38,324 nucleotides of DNA from Myxococcales bacterium UBA1238 (lineage in GTDB: Bacteria > Myxococcota_A > Bradymonadia > UBA7976 > UBA1532). Made by a program: the position numbers and the translations under genes. The notes under the pieces were generated by a model, which did no database searches, was not told where the DNA came from, and was given only the letters and a program-made list of their open reading frames with translations. Position 1 is the stretch's first letter. Every line of letters begins with the position of its first letter. Of the stretch, positions 18,161-26,449 are shown in pieces. Location: positions 76,310 through 114,633 of the forward strand of contig DBWM01000055.1 in the NCBI GenBank assembly GCA_002309015.1. Reading direction: 5' to 3'.

Positions 18161-19578
18161 TGTTTCTGCGTTGCCCCTCTGCATTCAAAATCGCCTTTTA
18201 TTTTGCGACGTTACCAGCGTTTACTTCGGCTCAGGAGAGCGATATCGAACGCTTGCGCATGCCCTTTTCGCCCGACGAAGAGCGCCCGCGCGTCATCATT
18301 TATCCGCTCATCGATCAGCGCTGCCTGGCCTCAGAAAAGCAGGAAGGCACCAATGCGCTGCCGCCGGAAGATCTCTCACTCTGGGCGGATTTTCTGAAAG
18401 AATTCAGTAAAAACAGCAACTTAAACATTTCTTTGCCCGAAGCGACCGTACAGAGCATCGAGCAAAACAAGCCCAATCGGCGTTCGCTGGACGCGATTCA
18501 AAAACTGGCCAACCGCGCTTACGCCGATTACCGCGAAGTGCGACTTGAAGAGGCCATCGAAGGCCTGCGCGATGCGGCCGACGGTTTTTATGCCATCGAA
18601 CATCATATCATAGCGCCCCGTGAAGTGGCCCGACTCACGCTCACCATGGGGCTCGCTTATTTGGAACTGGGGGATCAGGCCTCCGCTGCAAGCGCATTTC
18701 GAGAGGCCTTAAGCGTCGATCCCTGCTTACGATTGCGCGCCGGATACGATCACCCCAAAGCGGTGGAACTCTTTGAACGCATCCGCAGCGAGCTCGCCCA
18801 TCATCCCGAGGAACCCCTCGATTTTTCTACAAGATCGCCTTCTTCAAGCTTTCTGCTGCGCAGCCGCCTTTTGCCGGACGGGCATCTTTCCATCGTCATG
18901 CAATCGACCGCCGGCGTCAGCTTTGACCAAGCTTCCCAAAAACCTGGCAGCGCGAGTCGGCTCGCCAGCCGCCTGGCCACCTGCCTGCCCTTCACCTACA
19001 AGCGCAAGTCCCAGCAGAGCAAAAAGCATCTCTATCTCGACGGCGGCTTTGCCGATTTTGTTTTCACTGAGCGTCCCGTCGAAATGTTCAATAATGTGGG
19101 GATAGTAGCGAACGCAAGCTGGCTTTTGGACAAGCATGTGGGCCTGGACTTGCGGCTGGGGCTCTTCAACAGCTCGCGGGATCGCGAAGAAGATTTGAGG
19201 CAAGACATCCAGACCTTCCGCCTTGCACTGGGTCCCAGTTTTCAGATTTTATTTAATAAATTCAGGCTGTTCAGCGTCATCGGGCTCGAATTGGCCTCGA
19301 TGGGCAAAGTGATCACCACCGATAACGCCGCCTGCAAATATTTTTCACAAAACGATCCCATTCCCTCCAGCATTTGCGACCACGACGTCGATATCAGGCG
19401 CTCGGAAGGCTCCCTTCATATTGGCGCAAGCCTCGCCCTCGGATTCGCGCTCAACATCGGCAGCCGGCTTTACACAGGACTTCGCGCGGAAGCGGCCTGG
19501 TACAGCTACGAAACGGAGGAAAACGCGCTCGGCCTCCCCATTGGCGGGCAGCTCTTTTTAGGTTATCGCGTATTTTGA
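18157..19578 (+). CDS. Exported TPR protein with C-terminal beta-barrel-like domain
   Basis: Signal ending AFTSA; TPR (MGLAYLELGDQASAASAFREALSVDP); amphipathic beta-strands ending QLFLGYRVF, resembling a BAM beta-signal. Confidence 0.72.
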   Translation: MMFLRCPSAFKIAFYFATLPAFTSAQESDIERLRMPFSPDEERPRVIIYPLIDQRCLASEKQEGTNALPPEDLSLWADFLKEFSKNSNLNISLPEATVQSIEQNKPNRRSLDAIQKLANRAYADYREVRLEEAIEGLRDAADGFYAIEHHIIAPREVARLTLTMGLAYLELGDQASAASAFREALSVDPCLRLRAGYDHPKAVELFERIRSELAHHPEEPLDFSTRSPSSSFLLRSRLLPDGHLSIVMQSTAGVSFDQASQKPGSASRLASRLATCLPFTYKRKSQQSKKHLYLDGGFADFVFTERPVEMFNNVGIVANASWLLDKHVGLDLRLGLFNSSRDREEDLRQDIQTFRLALGPSFQILFNKFRLFSVIGLELASMGKVITTDNAACKYFSQNDPIPSSICDHDVDIRRSEGSLHIGASLALGFALNIGSRLYTGLRAEAAWYSYETEENALGLPIGGQLFLGYRVF

Positions 19579-19623
19579 TTGTAAAAACGGTGGGTTAAGA
19601 AGCTGGCTCGGTTGGATGACCGA

Positions 19624-20637
19624 TTACGGGGCGGGTGTAGTCGCTGTTTCGGCGTTTTCGGCAGGTTCAGGCAACGCTTTGCAGGTGCATTCGGTCACAG
19701 AAAGATGCTCTGTTTCTGCAGCCTTATGGGCCTTATCGCAATCCCTGCGGGTCTCGTATTTTTGTTCCTCGCCCTTGGCGGAATCAAAAATGAACCAATA
19801 TTCGCAGGGCAACTCGTTCATATCGATGACCTTGAGCAATCGATAATCTCCCGCCGCAGAATCCTTGGTCCAGAGATGCTCCGAGACGTGGAAGTCAAAA
19901 TCTTCGTAACCTGCCAGTTTTAATTCATATTTATCGATCTGGACGATATTGACATCGCTGATGTTGGTCGGCGTTTTCGCAGGATCACCGCAATGCTTGC
20001 TTTCAAGATCGCACATCATGCCGTCCGAGCAGGAAGCATCGTCCACGCATTCCGGAGCGCCGGGCTTAGGCGCCACAATGGGCTTGCCATTTTTGTAGAT
20101 CAAAGCCTGCGGCGGATCGGATTCGATGCGCATGATGCCGTAGCGCTTTTGCTTGGCCATCTGCTCTTCCAGCTGAGTCAGCCTGCGTTCTTCGAGGCGC
20201 GCACGGCGCAGATCCAGGGCTTCCTGATTGGAAATCGTGTAAAAATAATAGAATCCGGCTCCACCGACGCCCAGCATCAGAAGGATCAGGAAAAAGTTTA
20301 AAACTCCATGCGTTTTGCCCGAAGACCTGGCCACAGAAGAGAGATCGACCTCTGCGCCACCATGGGGCTTCAACAGCTCGATGGACTTTTGATAATATTC
20401 CTTTTGGGTCAGCACAGCTTCAGGTTTTGGAGCTTTTTTAGAAGGTTTCTGCTGACTTGCAGCTTTTTTGCGTTTCTTCTCAGATTTCTGATCAGCCGAG
20501 CGCGCTTCACGGTTTTCCTGCACATTTTCTTGCGCTTCCGCCGCCTCTGCTTTATGCCCAAGCCCCACTTCGGCAGCCAGTTGATCTAAAAGTTCATCGC
20601 TCGAAAGCGCATTCTGTTTTTCTTGATTCTCGGCCAT
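19624..20637 (-). CDS. Bitopic membrane protein with PEGA-like domain and Cys-rich segments
   Basis: Charged N-terminus; TM FFLILLMLGVGGAGFYYFY; coiled coil; GIMRIESDPPQALIYKNG...LKLAGYEDF PEGA-type pattern. Confidence 0.72.
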   Translation of the reverse strand: MAENQEKQNALSSDELLDQLAAEVGLGHKAEAAEAQENVQENREARSADQKSEKKRKKAASQQKPSKKAPKPEAVLTQKEYYQKSIELLKPHGGAEVDLSSVARSSGKTHGVLNFFLILLMLGVGGAGFYYFYTISNQEALDLRRARLEERRLTQLEEQMAKQKRYGIMRIESDPPQALIYKNGKPIVAPKPGAPECVDDASCSDGMMCDLESKHCGDPAKTPTNISDVNIVQIDKYELKLAGYEDFDFHVSEHLWTKDSAAGDYRLLKVIDMNELPCEYWFIFDSAKGEEQKYETRRDCDKAHKAAETEHLSVTECTCKALPEPAENAETATTPAP

Positions 20638-20795
20638 TCAAAACACTCGCGATGAGCCTCCCAAAACGGAAGCCCATAAAAAAAAGCGCACGTAGTATCC
20701 ACGATCTCAAAAATGGCTGCAATATTCCTGCGCGCTCGAAAAGTAAAGTGAAGTGATTTACACTGTTTTATGTTTTTGCGTTCTCTGATGGCTGC

Positions 20796-20824
20796 TTGAC
20801 GGTTGAAAGCTCAGACGGTATCAT
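20796..20824 (+). promoter_or_regulatory. Sigma70-type promoter
   Basis: TTGACG (20796-20801), 17 nt, TATCAT (20819-20824), 30 nt upstream of ATG 20855. Confidence 0.65.
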
Positions 20825-20854
20825 CGGTCAGCTCATTAGCCGTCGGACGGAATC

Positions 20855-21682
20855 ATGGCCACAACGAACGCTCCCAACGATTCTAAAGCCTCTTCTCTCG
20901 GGCTCGATCTGCACGATCTCGTCGACTTCAGCAACGAAGATCCACTGCCACAGGAGGCTCAAAGCGCTGCAACTCCAGGCAGTTCAACAACCAATGAGCC
21001 CAAAGCGAGCAATACCTTCAGCGGTAAGGGTGACGCCCTTTTAGGCGATATTGCCGATATGATCGCCGCCGAAGGTCAGGCGGAAGCGGAAGCCATCGAA
21101 GCGGAGCGCAAAGCGAAAGAGGAAGCGGAGCGCAAAGCGAAAGAGGAAGAAGAAGCCGCCAAACGCGCTGAAGTGGAAGCCGGTCTTGCGGCCGAAAAAG
21201 CCCGTCAGGAAGCCGTAGAAGCGGAACGCCTCGCCATTGCCGAGCGCGCCCGACGCCGCGAACTGGGGTTGCCTGAAGAAGACGAAAAGCCCGCGCCTCC
21301 GCCAGAGCCAGCGCCCGCTCCGCCGCCTCCGCCCCAAAAGAATATTGCCCTCTATGTCGCCATTTGTTTTGGCGTGCTGTGCGTTTGCGCAACCGTTTTG
21401 ATTGCGGTCTGGTTCCTGAAGGCTCCACCGCCGGCACCGCCTCAGCCGCCAACCCCCATCACCGTTGTGACCACGCCTACGGTGCCCGTGCCCGTCGTTC
21501 CGGATGAGCCCGAGGATGCCGAAGTGGAAGAAGAGGATGCTGGCGATGCCGGAGAAGTCAAAGATGCCGGTCCCAAGAAGCCGATCCGCACCACAACGGG
21601 CAGAGGTGGTGGCGGCAAGCCGACAAAGCCGGGCGGCATTCAGCTGAACTTCGGCAAAGGCAAGGGCGGCATCACCTACTGA
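20855..21682 (+). CDS. Bitopic membrane protein: acidic N-terminus, E/A/K-rich coiled coil, TM, Pro-rich extracytoplasmic tail
   Basis: EAERKAKE repeats, poly-Pro on both sides of TM IALYVAICFGVLCVCATVLIAVWFL, own promoter. Confidence 0.78.
   Translation: MATTNAPNDSKASSLGLDLHDLVDFSNEDPLPQEAQSAATPGSSTTNEPKASNTFSGKGDALLGDIADMIAAEGQAEAEAIEAERKAKEEAERKAKEEEEAAKRAEVEAGLAAEKARQEAVEAERLAIAERARRRELGLPEEDEKPAPPPEPAPAPPPPPQKNIALYVAICFGVLCVCATVLIAVWFLKAPPPAPPQPPTPITVVTTPTVPVPVVPDEPEDAEVEEEDAGDAGEVKDAGPKKPIRTTTGRGGGGKPTKPGGIQLNFGKGKGGITY
21098..21145 (+). repeat. Perfect 24-bp in-frame tandem repeat (x2)
   Basis: GAAGCGGAGCGCAAAGCGAAAGAG at 21098-21121 and 21122-21145, encoding EAERKAKE twice. Confidence 0.9.
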
Positions 21683-21717
21683 TCCCTCCCCTTTCAGCCA
21701 TCCCTCTCCTTTCAGCC
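21682..21717. repeat. 18-bp tandem direct repeat between convergent genes
   Basis: ATCCCTCCCCTTTCAGCC followed by ATCCCTCTCCTTTCAGCC (one mismatch). Confidence 0.8.
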
Positions 21718-21741
21718 CTCCACCAAAAGCACTCTAACCCC

Positions 21742-23313
21742 TTACAAACACAAGCCAAACGCCCAGTCTTCCGCAAGATAGCAATCGCAATCAGCGCTGC
21801 TTTCCATACAAATTCTGATGCATTTCGAACCATCGCCCGCGTTGGCGCAAATGGCGTGATCTGCGCAATCCGATGAGCTCTGACAGCCGCCGCCTTCGCG
21901 AACCGTGCCCACAAAACCGCAAAGGCCTCCGTCCAAAGTCAGGCGATAAGGCCTGCAATGCGCGAGACCTGAGCAGCCATCTTCGCTCACCGAGCAGTCT
22001 ATTTCTGAACAAAATCCATAGGTTAGGTTTTCTGAAGAGTAGTCCACGCAAACGCGGTTGCCGCTGCAGTAAGGTTGAGAGGGATCACAGATGCGCGTGC
22101 AAACGCCGCGCTGATGCCCATTGGAATCCGGATCGAGCGGATCGTCGGGATCGTCGAGACAAAGCAAACCAACTCCGCAGGTGAGCCTGCGATCGGCCTC
22201 GCTTCGCCCCTTCACCTGTGCATCGCAGGCCCCGCCTTCCAAAACATCGCCCGCTTCAGCGCAATACCCCATGGAATCGTTGAAAGGAATGCAGCTGCCC
22301 GTCCATTGCGCCTGAGATCCCGCATTGCATCCGAAAAACAAAGTGCCGTTGTTCTGAGAGGCGCCGCAGAATTGATAATAGCACGCTTTTCCTGATTGAA
22401 ATTCGGTACATACACGATCGAGTGGGCAATCCTCGTCGTTTTCGCAGCGCCAGAGGCAATAGCCTCCGCCGGATGTCGTGGGGATGCAAATCTGTCGCCT
22501 CGCGTCGCAATCGCTGTTACCGCTGCAATCGGCCATCTCTTCGGGCACGCATCGCCCGGAATCGCAGGTCTCGCCCACCGCGCAGTGATAGTCGGTCACG
22601 CAACTGCCGTCCGCGCGCACGCACCGATGGTTCAGGCAGGTCTCGCCCTCCCTGCAATCGTAAATGCATTCGGGAATTGGTTCACAAGCTCCTGAATTTA
22701 CACATCTTTCTGACCTCTTGCAGCCCGTCACGTGGCAGTCAGGGAGGCAATAAGGCTCGCCCTGCTCCGTGATGCCCCGGCAGCTCCAGCCTGAACGGCA
22801 ATCGCCGCAGGCTTCTAAACAAACCTGTTCATTCTTCCAGAGAGCGCAGCGGCCGCCTGCGCATAAGTCATCGTTTTCACAGGTGATTTTGCAAAAGCCA
22901 TTGGGGTAGCCTACATCGATCACGCATCTGCCCGCCACGCATTGATCCTGAGACTGGCATGCAGCGCCCGGCAGCACCTGCTCGGTCTCACAGTCTCCCG
23001 TCGCGGAATTGCAGATTTTGCCCGCTTCGCAGCGCACAGCAAGGCAGAGGTCAGAAAGAGCGTCGTCGGTCGCCCCGGCCGAATCCTCTGTCGAGGCATC
23101 ATCTGTAGCGTCAATTTCAATTGTTACATCTACGGTTACGTCATTTTCAGCCGATACGTCCAATCTTTCAGCATCGATGCCCGATGCGTCAGCCGCAAGG
23201 TCGCTTTGGGCATCCAGAGCCGGAAAATCCTCTTTTTCTTCTTTTTCATCGGCGCAAGCCATCAGAGCCGCGGCCAGCATCAAAAAAACGAAGCGCATGC
23301 TCATCACCCTCAC
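21742..23313 (-). CDS. Cysteine-rich repeat lipoprotein
   Basis: Lipobox AALMAC; acidic linker; many short modules such as CVTDYHCAVGETCDSGRC and CENDEDCPLDRVC; no recognisable catalytic domain. The start could be any of the first Met/Val codons. Confidence 0.8.
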   Translation of the reverse strand: MRVMSMRFVFLMLAAALMACADEKEEKEDFPALDAQSDLAADASGIDAERLDVSAENDVTVDVTIEIDATDDASTEDSAGATDDALSDLCLAVRCEAGKICNSATGDCETEQVLPGAACQSQDQCVAGRCVIDVGYPNGFCKITCENDDLCAGGRCALWKNEQVCLEACGDCRSGWSCRGITEQGEPYCLPDCHVTGCKRSERCVNSGACEPIPECIYDCREGETCLNHRCVRADGSCVTDYHCAVGETCDSGRCVPEEMADCSGNSDCDARRQICIPTTSGGGYCLWRCENDEDCPLDRVCTEFQSGKACYYQFCGASQNNGTLFFGCNAGSQAQWTGSCIPFNDSMGYCAEAGDVLEGGACDAQVKGRSEADRRLTCGVGLLCLDDPDDPLDPDSNGHQRGVCTRICDPSQPYCSGNRVCVDYSSENLTYGFCSEIDCSVSEDGCSGLAHCRPYRLTLDGGLCGFVGTVREGGGCQSSSDCADHAICANAGDGSKCIRICMESSADCDCYLAEDWAFGLCL

Positions 23314-23409
23314 ATCAAAAGATTGTGCGCATGCCCAGTCCCCAGGCGCAGAAGCAACGGGATTTCATCATTCAAAAAAGCAGCTTTTTATCATACCCAA
23401 ATTGCTGTG

Positions 23410-23438
23410 TTGACGATTGGATTCAAGGTTTCTATATG
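23410..23438 (+). promoter_or_regulatory. Candidate sigma70-type promoter of asd
   Basis: TTGACG, 17 nt, TATATG (non-consensus last base), followed by GAGGAG at 23452-23457. Confidence 0.45.
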
Positions 23439-23463
23439 CAAAGATCAGTTTGAGGAGAACGAT

Positions 23464-24492
23464 ATGAAACAGCATGGATTGGTCGTTGCGGTCGTCGGTG
23501 CAACCGGTGCCGTTGGACGCGAAATGGTGAGCATTTTAGAGGAATCGAGCCTCAATGTGGCGGAACTGATCCCTCTGGCATCGGAGCGCTCGCGCGGTGA
23601 ACATATTGAATTCAAAGGAGAATCCGTCGAAGTAGAGGTCCTCGAAGAGGATTCCTTTGCGGGGGTGGATTTGGCCCTCTTTTCGGCGGGCGGTGCGGTC
23701 AGCAAAAAATTTGCGCCCCTCGCTGTGGCCGCGGGCTGCACGGTGGTCGACAACACGAGCGCCTTCCGCATGGATCCCAACGTACCTCTGGTGATCCCCG
23801 AAGTGAACGCCGAAGCCTTAAAAGGGCATCACGGGCTCATCTCAAACCCCAACTGCTCCACCATTCAGATGGTGGTCGCGCTCGAACCTTTGCATCGCTG
23901 CTTTGGCCTTAAGCGCGTCGTCTGCTCAACCTATCAGTCCGCATCGGGAGCCGGCCAGCGCGCCCTGGACGAACTGCGGGATCAAACCGTCGACATCCTC
24001 AACTTCAAAGAGCCTAAGCACGAAAAATTCCCGAGGATTCTCGCATTCGACATTATTCCCCAAATTGGGAGTTTCTACGAAGACGGCATCAGCGAAGAAG
24101 AGCGCAAGATGATCCAGGAACCCAGAAAAATCATGGGGTTACCCGATCTTCAGGTGAGCGCCACCTGCGCGCGCGTGCCGGTCTTCATCTGCCACGCCGT
24201 TTCGGTCAATGCGGAATTCGAAAAAGATGTGGATTTAGAGCAGGCCAGGGATGCCCTCCGAGCCTTCCCGGGCGTCAAATTGTTCGACGGCGAAAACCCT
24301 TACGCGACCGCCCGCGATGTATCGGGTGAAAACGACGTTTACGTAGGCCGCCTGCGCCGCGATCCCTGCCGCAAGAACGCACTCGATTTTTGGGTGGTCG
24401 CCGACAACCTCCGCAAAGGCGCCGCCCTCAACAGCGTTCAAATTGCAGAAGCCCTGGTTCAGGCTGACATTTTGTCATTTAAGCGCAACTAA
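23464..24492 (+). CDS. asd: Aspartate-semialdehyde dehydrogenase
   Basis: VAVVGATGAVG, LASERSRG, ALFSAGG, DNTSAFRM, catalytic NPNCST, STYQSASGAG, CARVPV, DNLRKGAALN; RBS GAGGAG before ATG 23464. Confidence 0.97.
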   Translation: MKQHGLVVAVVGATGAVGREMVSILEESSLNVAELIPLASERSRGEHIEFKGESVEVEVLEEDSFAGVDLALFSAGGAVSKKFAPLAVAAGCTVVDNTSAFRMDPNVPLVIPEVNAEALKGHHGLISNPNCSTIQMVVALEPLHRCFGLKRVVCSTYQSASGAGQRALDELRDQTVDILNFKEPKHEKFPRILAFDIIPQIGSFYEDGISEEERKMIQEPRKIMGLPDLQVSATCARVPVFICHAVSVNAEFEKDVDLEQARDALRAFPGVKLFDGENPYATARDVSGENDVYVGRLRRDPCRKNALDFWVVADNLRKGAALNSVQIAEALVQADILSFKRN

Positions 24493-24685
24493 AACGGACA
24501 GACTGTCACATTGAGCCTGCAAAAAAGAAAAGAGAGCGGGGCCTTTTGAAGAAAAACCAAAGCTTTTCAAATGCGCCCGTAATTTGTATAAGCTCCCACA
24601 ACTTGGCGTCATCAGAAAACGGTCCGCCTTTTTAAGGCCGTTTTGATGCGTTTTGCCTTTATTTGTTCCGGAGGACTTCATCCTC

Positions 24686-26449
24686 ATGTTGACTCGCCCG
24701 CTCCCCATCGTCGCTTTATGCAGCTTTCTGGCGCAGAGCGCCTGGGCTCAAACTTCCTCAGAGCTTGAATTGACAAGCAGTTTTTCGATCACCGAAATCG
24801 GTATCGACGACTGTGCTGACGACATCGATGGCCAGCTGAACCTGTCAGGCAACTTTACCAACAGTTCGAGTTACAGCGGCTATGAGCTGCGGCTGACGTT
24901 TGACATTGGCCAGGAGCCTTGCTCGCGCGACACGCTGAACTCCTGCCCCAAATACAGCGGCTCGGTCACAGCAGGTTGCGGTTGCCTCAAGTCCGGCAGC
25001 ACGAGCAGCATCAGCTATACCGGCAATCTCAGCGATATCTTGGAGAATTTAGGACAAATCTGCGATTCCTCAAACGGAAGCAGCGAAATCCGCTTTTACC
25101 TCGAGTATTATAACGAAAGCGACTCGAGCAATACGGTCGAACTGCGCAGCACTGCTCAGGAAATCCATTTTGATTTCAGCCGCCCGGACGCCCCGAGCAG
25201 CGCCCCCCGGCTTTCCCCCGGTGAAGAAGCGATCACTGTGCGCTTTGACAGCATCAGCGGCAGCGACATTGCTAAATATGAGGTCTGCTATAAAGAAAGC
25301 AGCTCGAACAGCACCGAAGACGCGGGCACAGCAGACGGCGACACAACCGAAGAAAAAGACGCAACCACTGAAACTCAAAAGCGTTTTAAGGCCGCTTCCG
25401 ATAGCAACGAAAGCCTGAGAGGCGACTTTTCGCATTGCTCCTCGGTCTCGACGGGCGAAAGCAGCCACCGCATCGAAGGCTTAAGCAACGACACCACCTA
25501 TGAAGTGGTTTACGCCGCCATCGATAATGCAGGCAACCGAGGCCCCAACAGCCCGAGCGCATCCGCTGCCCCTGCCGAAGTCGATGATTTTGCAGAGGTT
25601 TATTCCAAGAGTGGTGGTCGCGAAGAAGGTGGATGCAGCAGCTTGCCGGGTCTCAGCCCGAGGACGCCGTTATGGCTGATCGCAGCTTTGGTCCTGGTCG
25701 GCCTTGCGCGATGCCGCCTGCGCAGAAAAAGCCTGGCAGGGCTCAACTTACTGGTTTTATTCGCGCTGTTGCCTGCGACCGCTCACGCCTACCGATTTGG
25801 TACGGAAACCCCGCGCTCGACTTCGGTTGAATTGCGGCTTACTTCATTCCAACCTGGCATCGATAAAGAGTTTTCGATTCCAGAAGGTCAATCAGGGCCT
25901 TACGAGCGCATCTTTGGCAACGATGGCGACTGGCTGTTTTCCGTCGCCGTTTCGGAGCATTTTTTCCAGGCCTTTGGCACCGCATCGCTCGGCGGCAGCA
26001 TCGGTTTTTGGAGCGCTGAAGGTTCAGGCATTTCGGCCAGTACGGACGATGTTTCCGACAAGACCTCGTTCCATATTTTTCCCATGGCCCTCGAAGTCAG
26101 CTATCGTTTAGATGAATGGCAGGATTATATTCCTCTGGTCCCCGTAGCCCGTTTAGGACTGGATTACTATTTTTGGTACATCAATGACGGCAACTCCGAA
26201 ACTGCCCGTTTTGAAAATGGAAATAAGGCGATGGGCGGCACCTGGGGCTGGCATTACACGCTGGGCATCCATATTCTGCTCGACTTCTTTGCTGAAGGCA
26301 TGGCCGGCGATTTTGACAACGACGCGGGCGTAAACAACAGTTATTTTACCATTGAATATCAATCGTCCCACGTCGACGATTTCGGCTCCTCCAAATCCTT
26401 CCGTCTGGGCGACAATATGTGGGTCTTTGGCCTCGGCCTCGACATGTAA
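24686..26449 (+). CDS. Fused FN3-type surface protein (internal MYXO-CTERM) plus outer-membrane beta-barrel; putative polyprotein
   Basis: RBS GGAGGA; signal MLTRPLPIVALCSFLAQSAWA; Cys/Ser-rich domain; FN3 pattern (PGEEAITVRF...YEVCY...IEGLSNDTTYEVVYAAIDNAGN); GGCSSLPG-TM-RCRLRRK; second signal SLAGLNLLVLFALLPATAHA; aromatic amphipathic strands ending WVFGLGLDM. Confidence 0.8.
   Translation: MLTRPLPIVALCSFLAQSAWAQTSSELELTSSFSITEIGIDDCADDIDGQLNLSGNFTNSSSYSGYELRLTFDIGQEPCSRDTLNSCPKYSGSVTAGCGCLKSGSTSSISYTGNLSDILENLGQICDSSNGSSEIRFYLEYYNESDSSNTVELRSTAQEIHFDFSRPDAPSSAPRLSPGEEAITVRFDSISGSDIAKYEVCYKESSSNSTEDAGTADGDTTEEKDATTETQKRFKAASDSNESLRGDFSHCSSVSTGESSHRIEGLSNDTTYEVVYAAIDNAGNRGPNSPSASAAPAEVDDFAEVYSKSGGREEGGCSSLPGLSPRTPLWLIAALVLVGLARCRLRRKSLAGLNLLVLFALLPATAHAYRFGTETPRSTSVELRLTSFQPGIDKEFSIPEGQSGPYERIFGNDGDWLFSVAVSEHFFQAFGTASLGGSIGFWSAEGSGISASTDDVSDKTSFHIFPMALEVSYRLDEWQDYIPLVPVARLGLDYYFWYINDGNSETARFENGNKAMGGTWGWHYTLGIHILLDFFAEGMAGDFDNDAGVNNSYFTIEYQSSHVDDFGSSKSFRLGDNMWVFGLGLDM

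Noticed and set aside
22942-23463. 174-aa N-terminal extension of Asd in the ORF track
   Set aside because: It overlaps the opposite-strand lipoprotein gene. Asd homology and a GAGGAG RBS begin at 23464.
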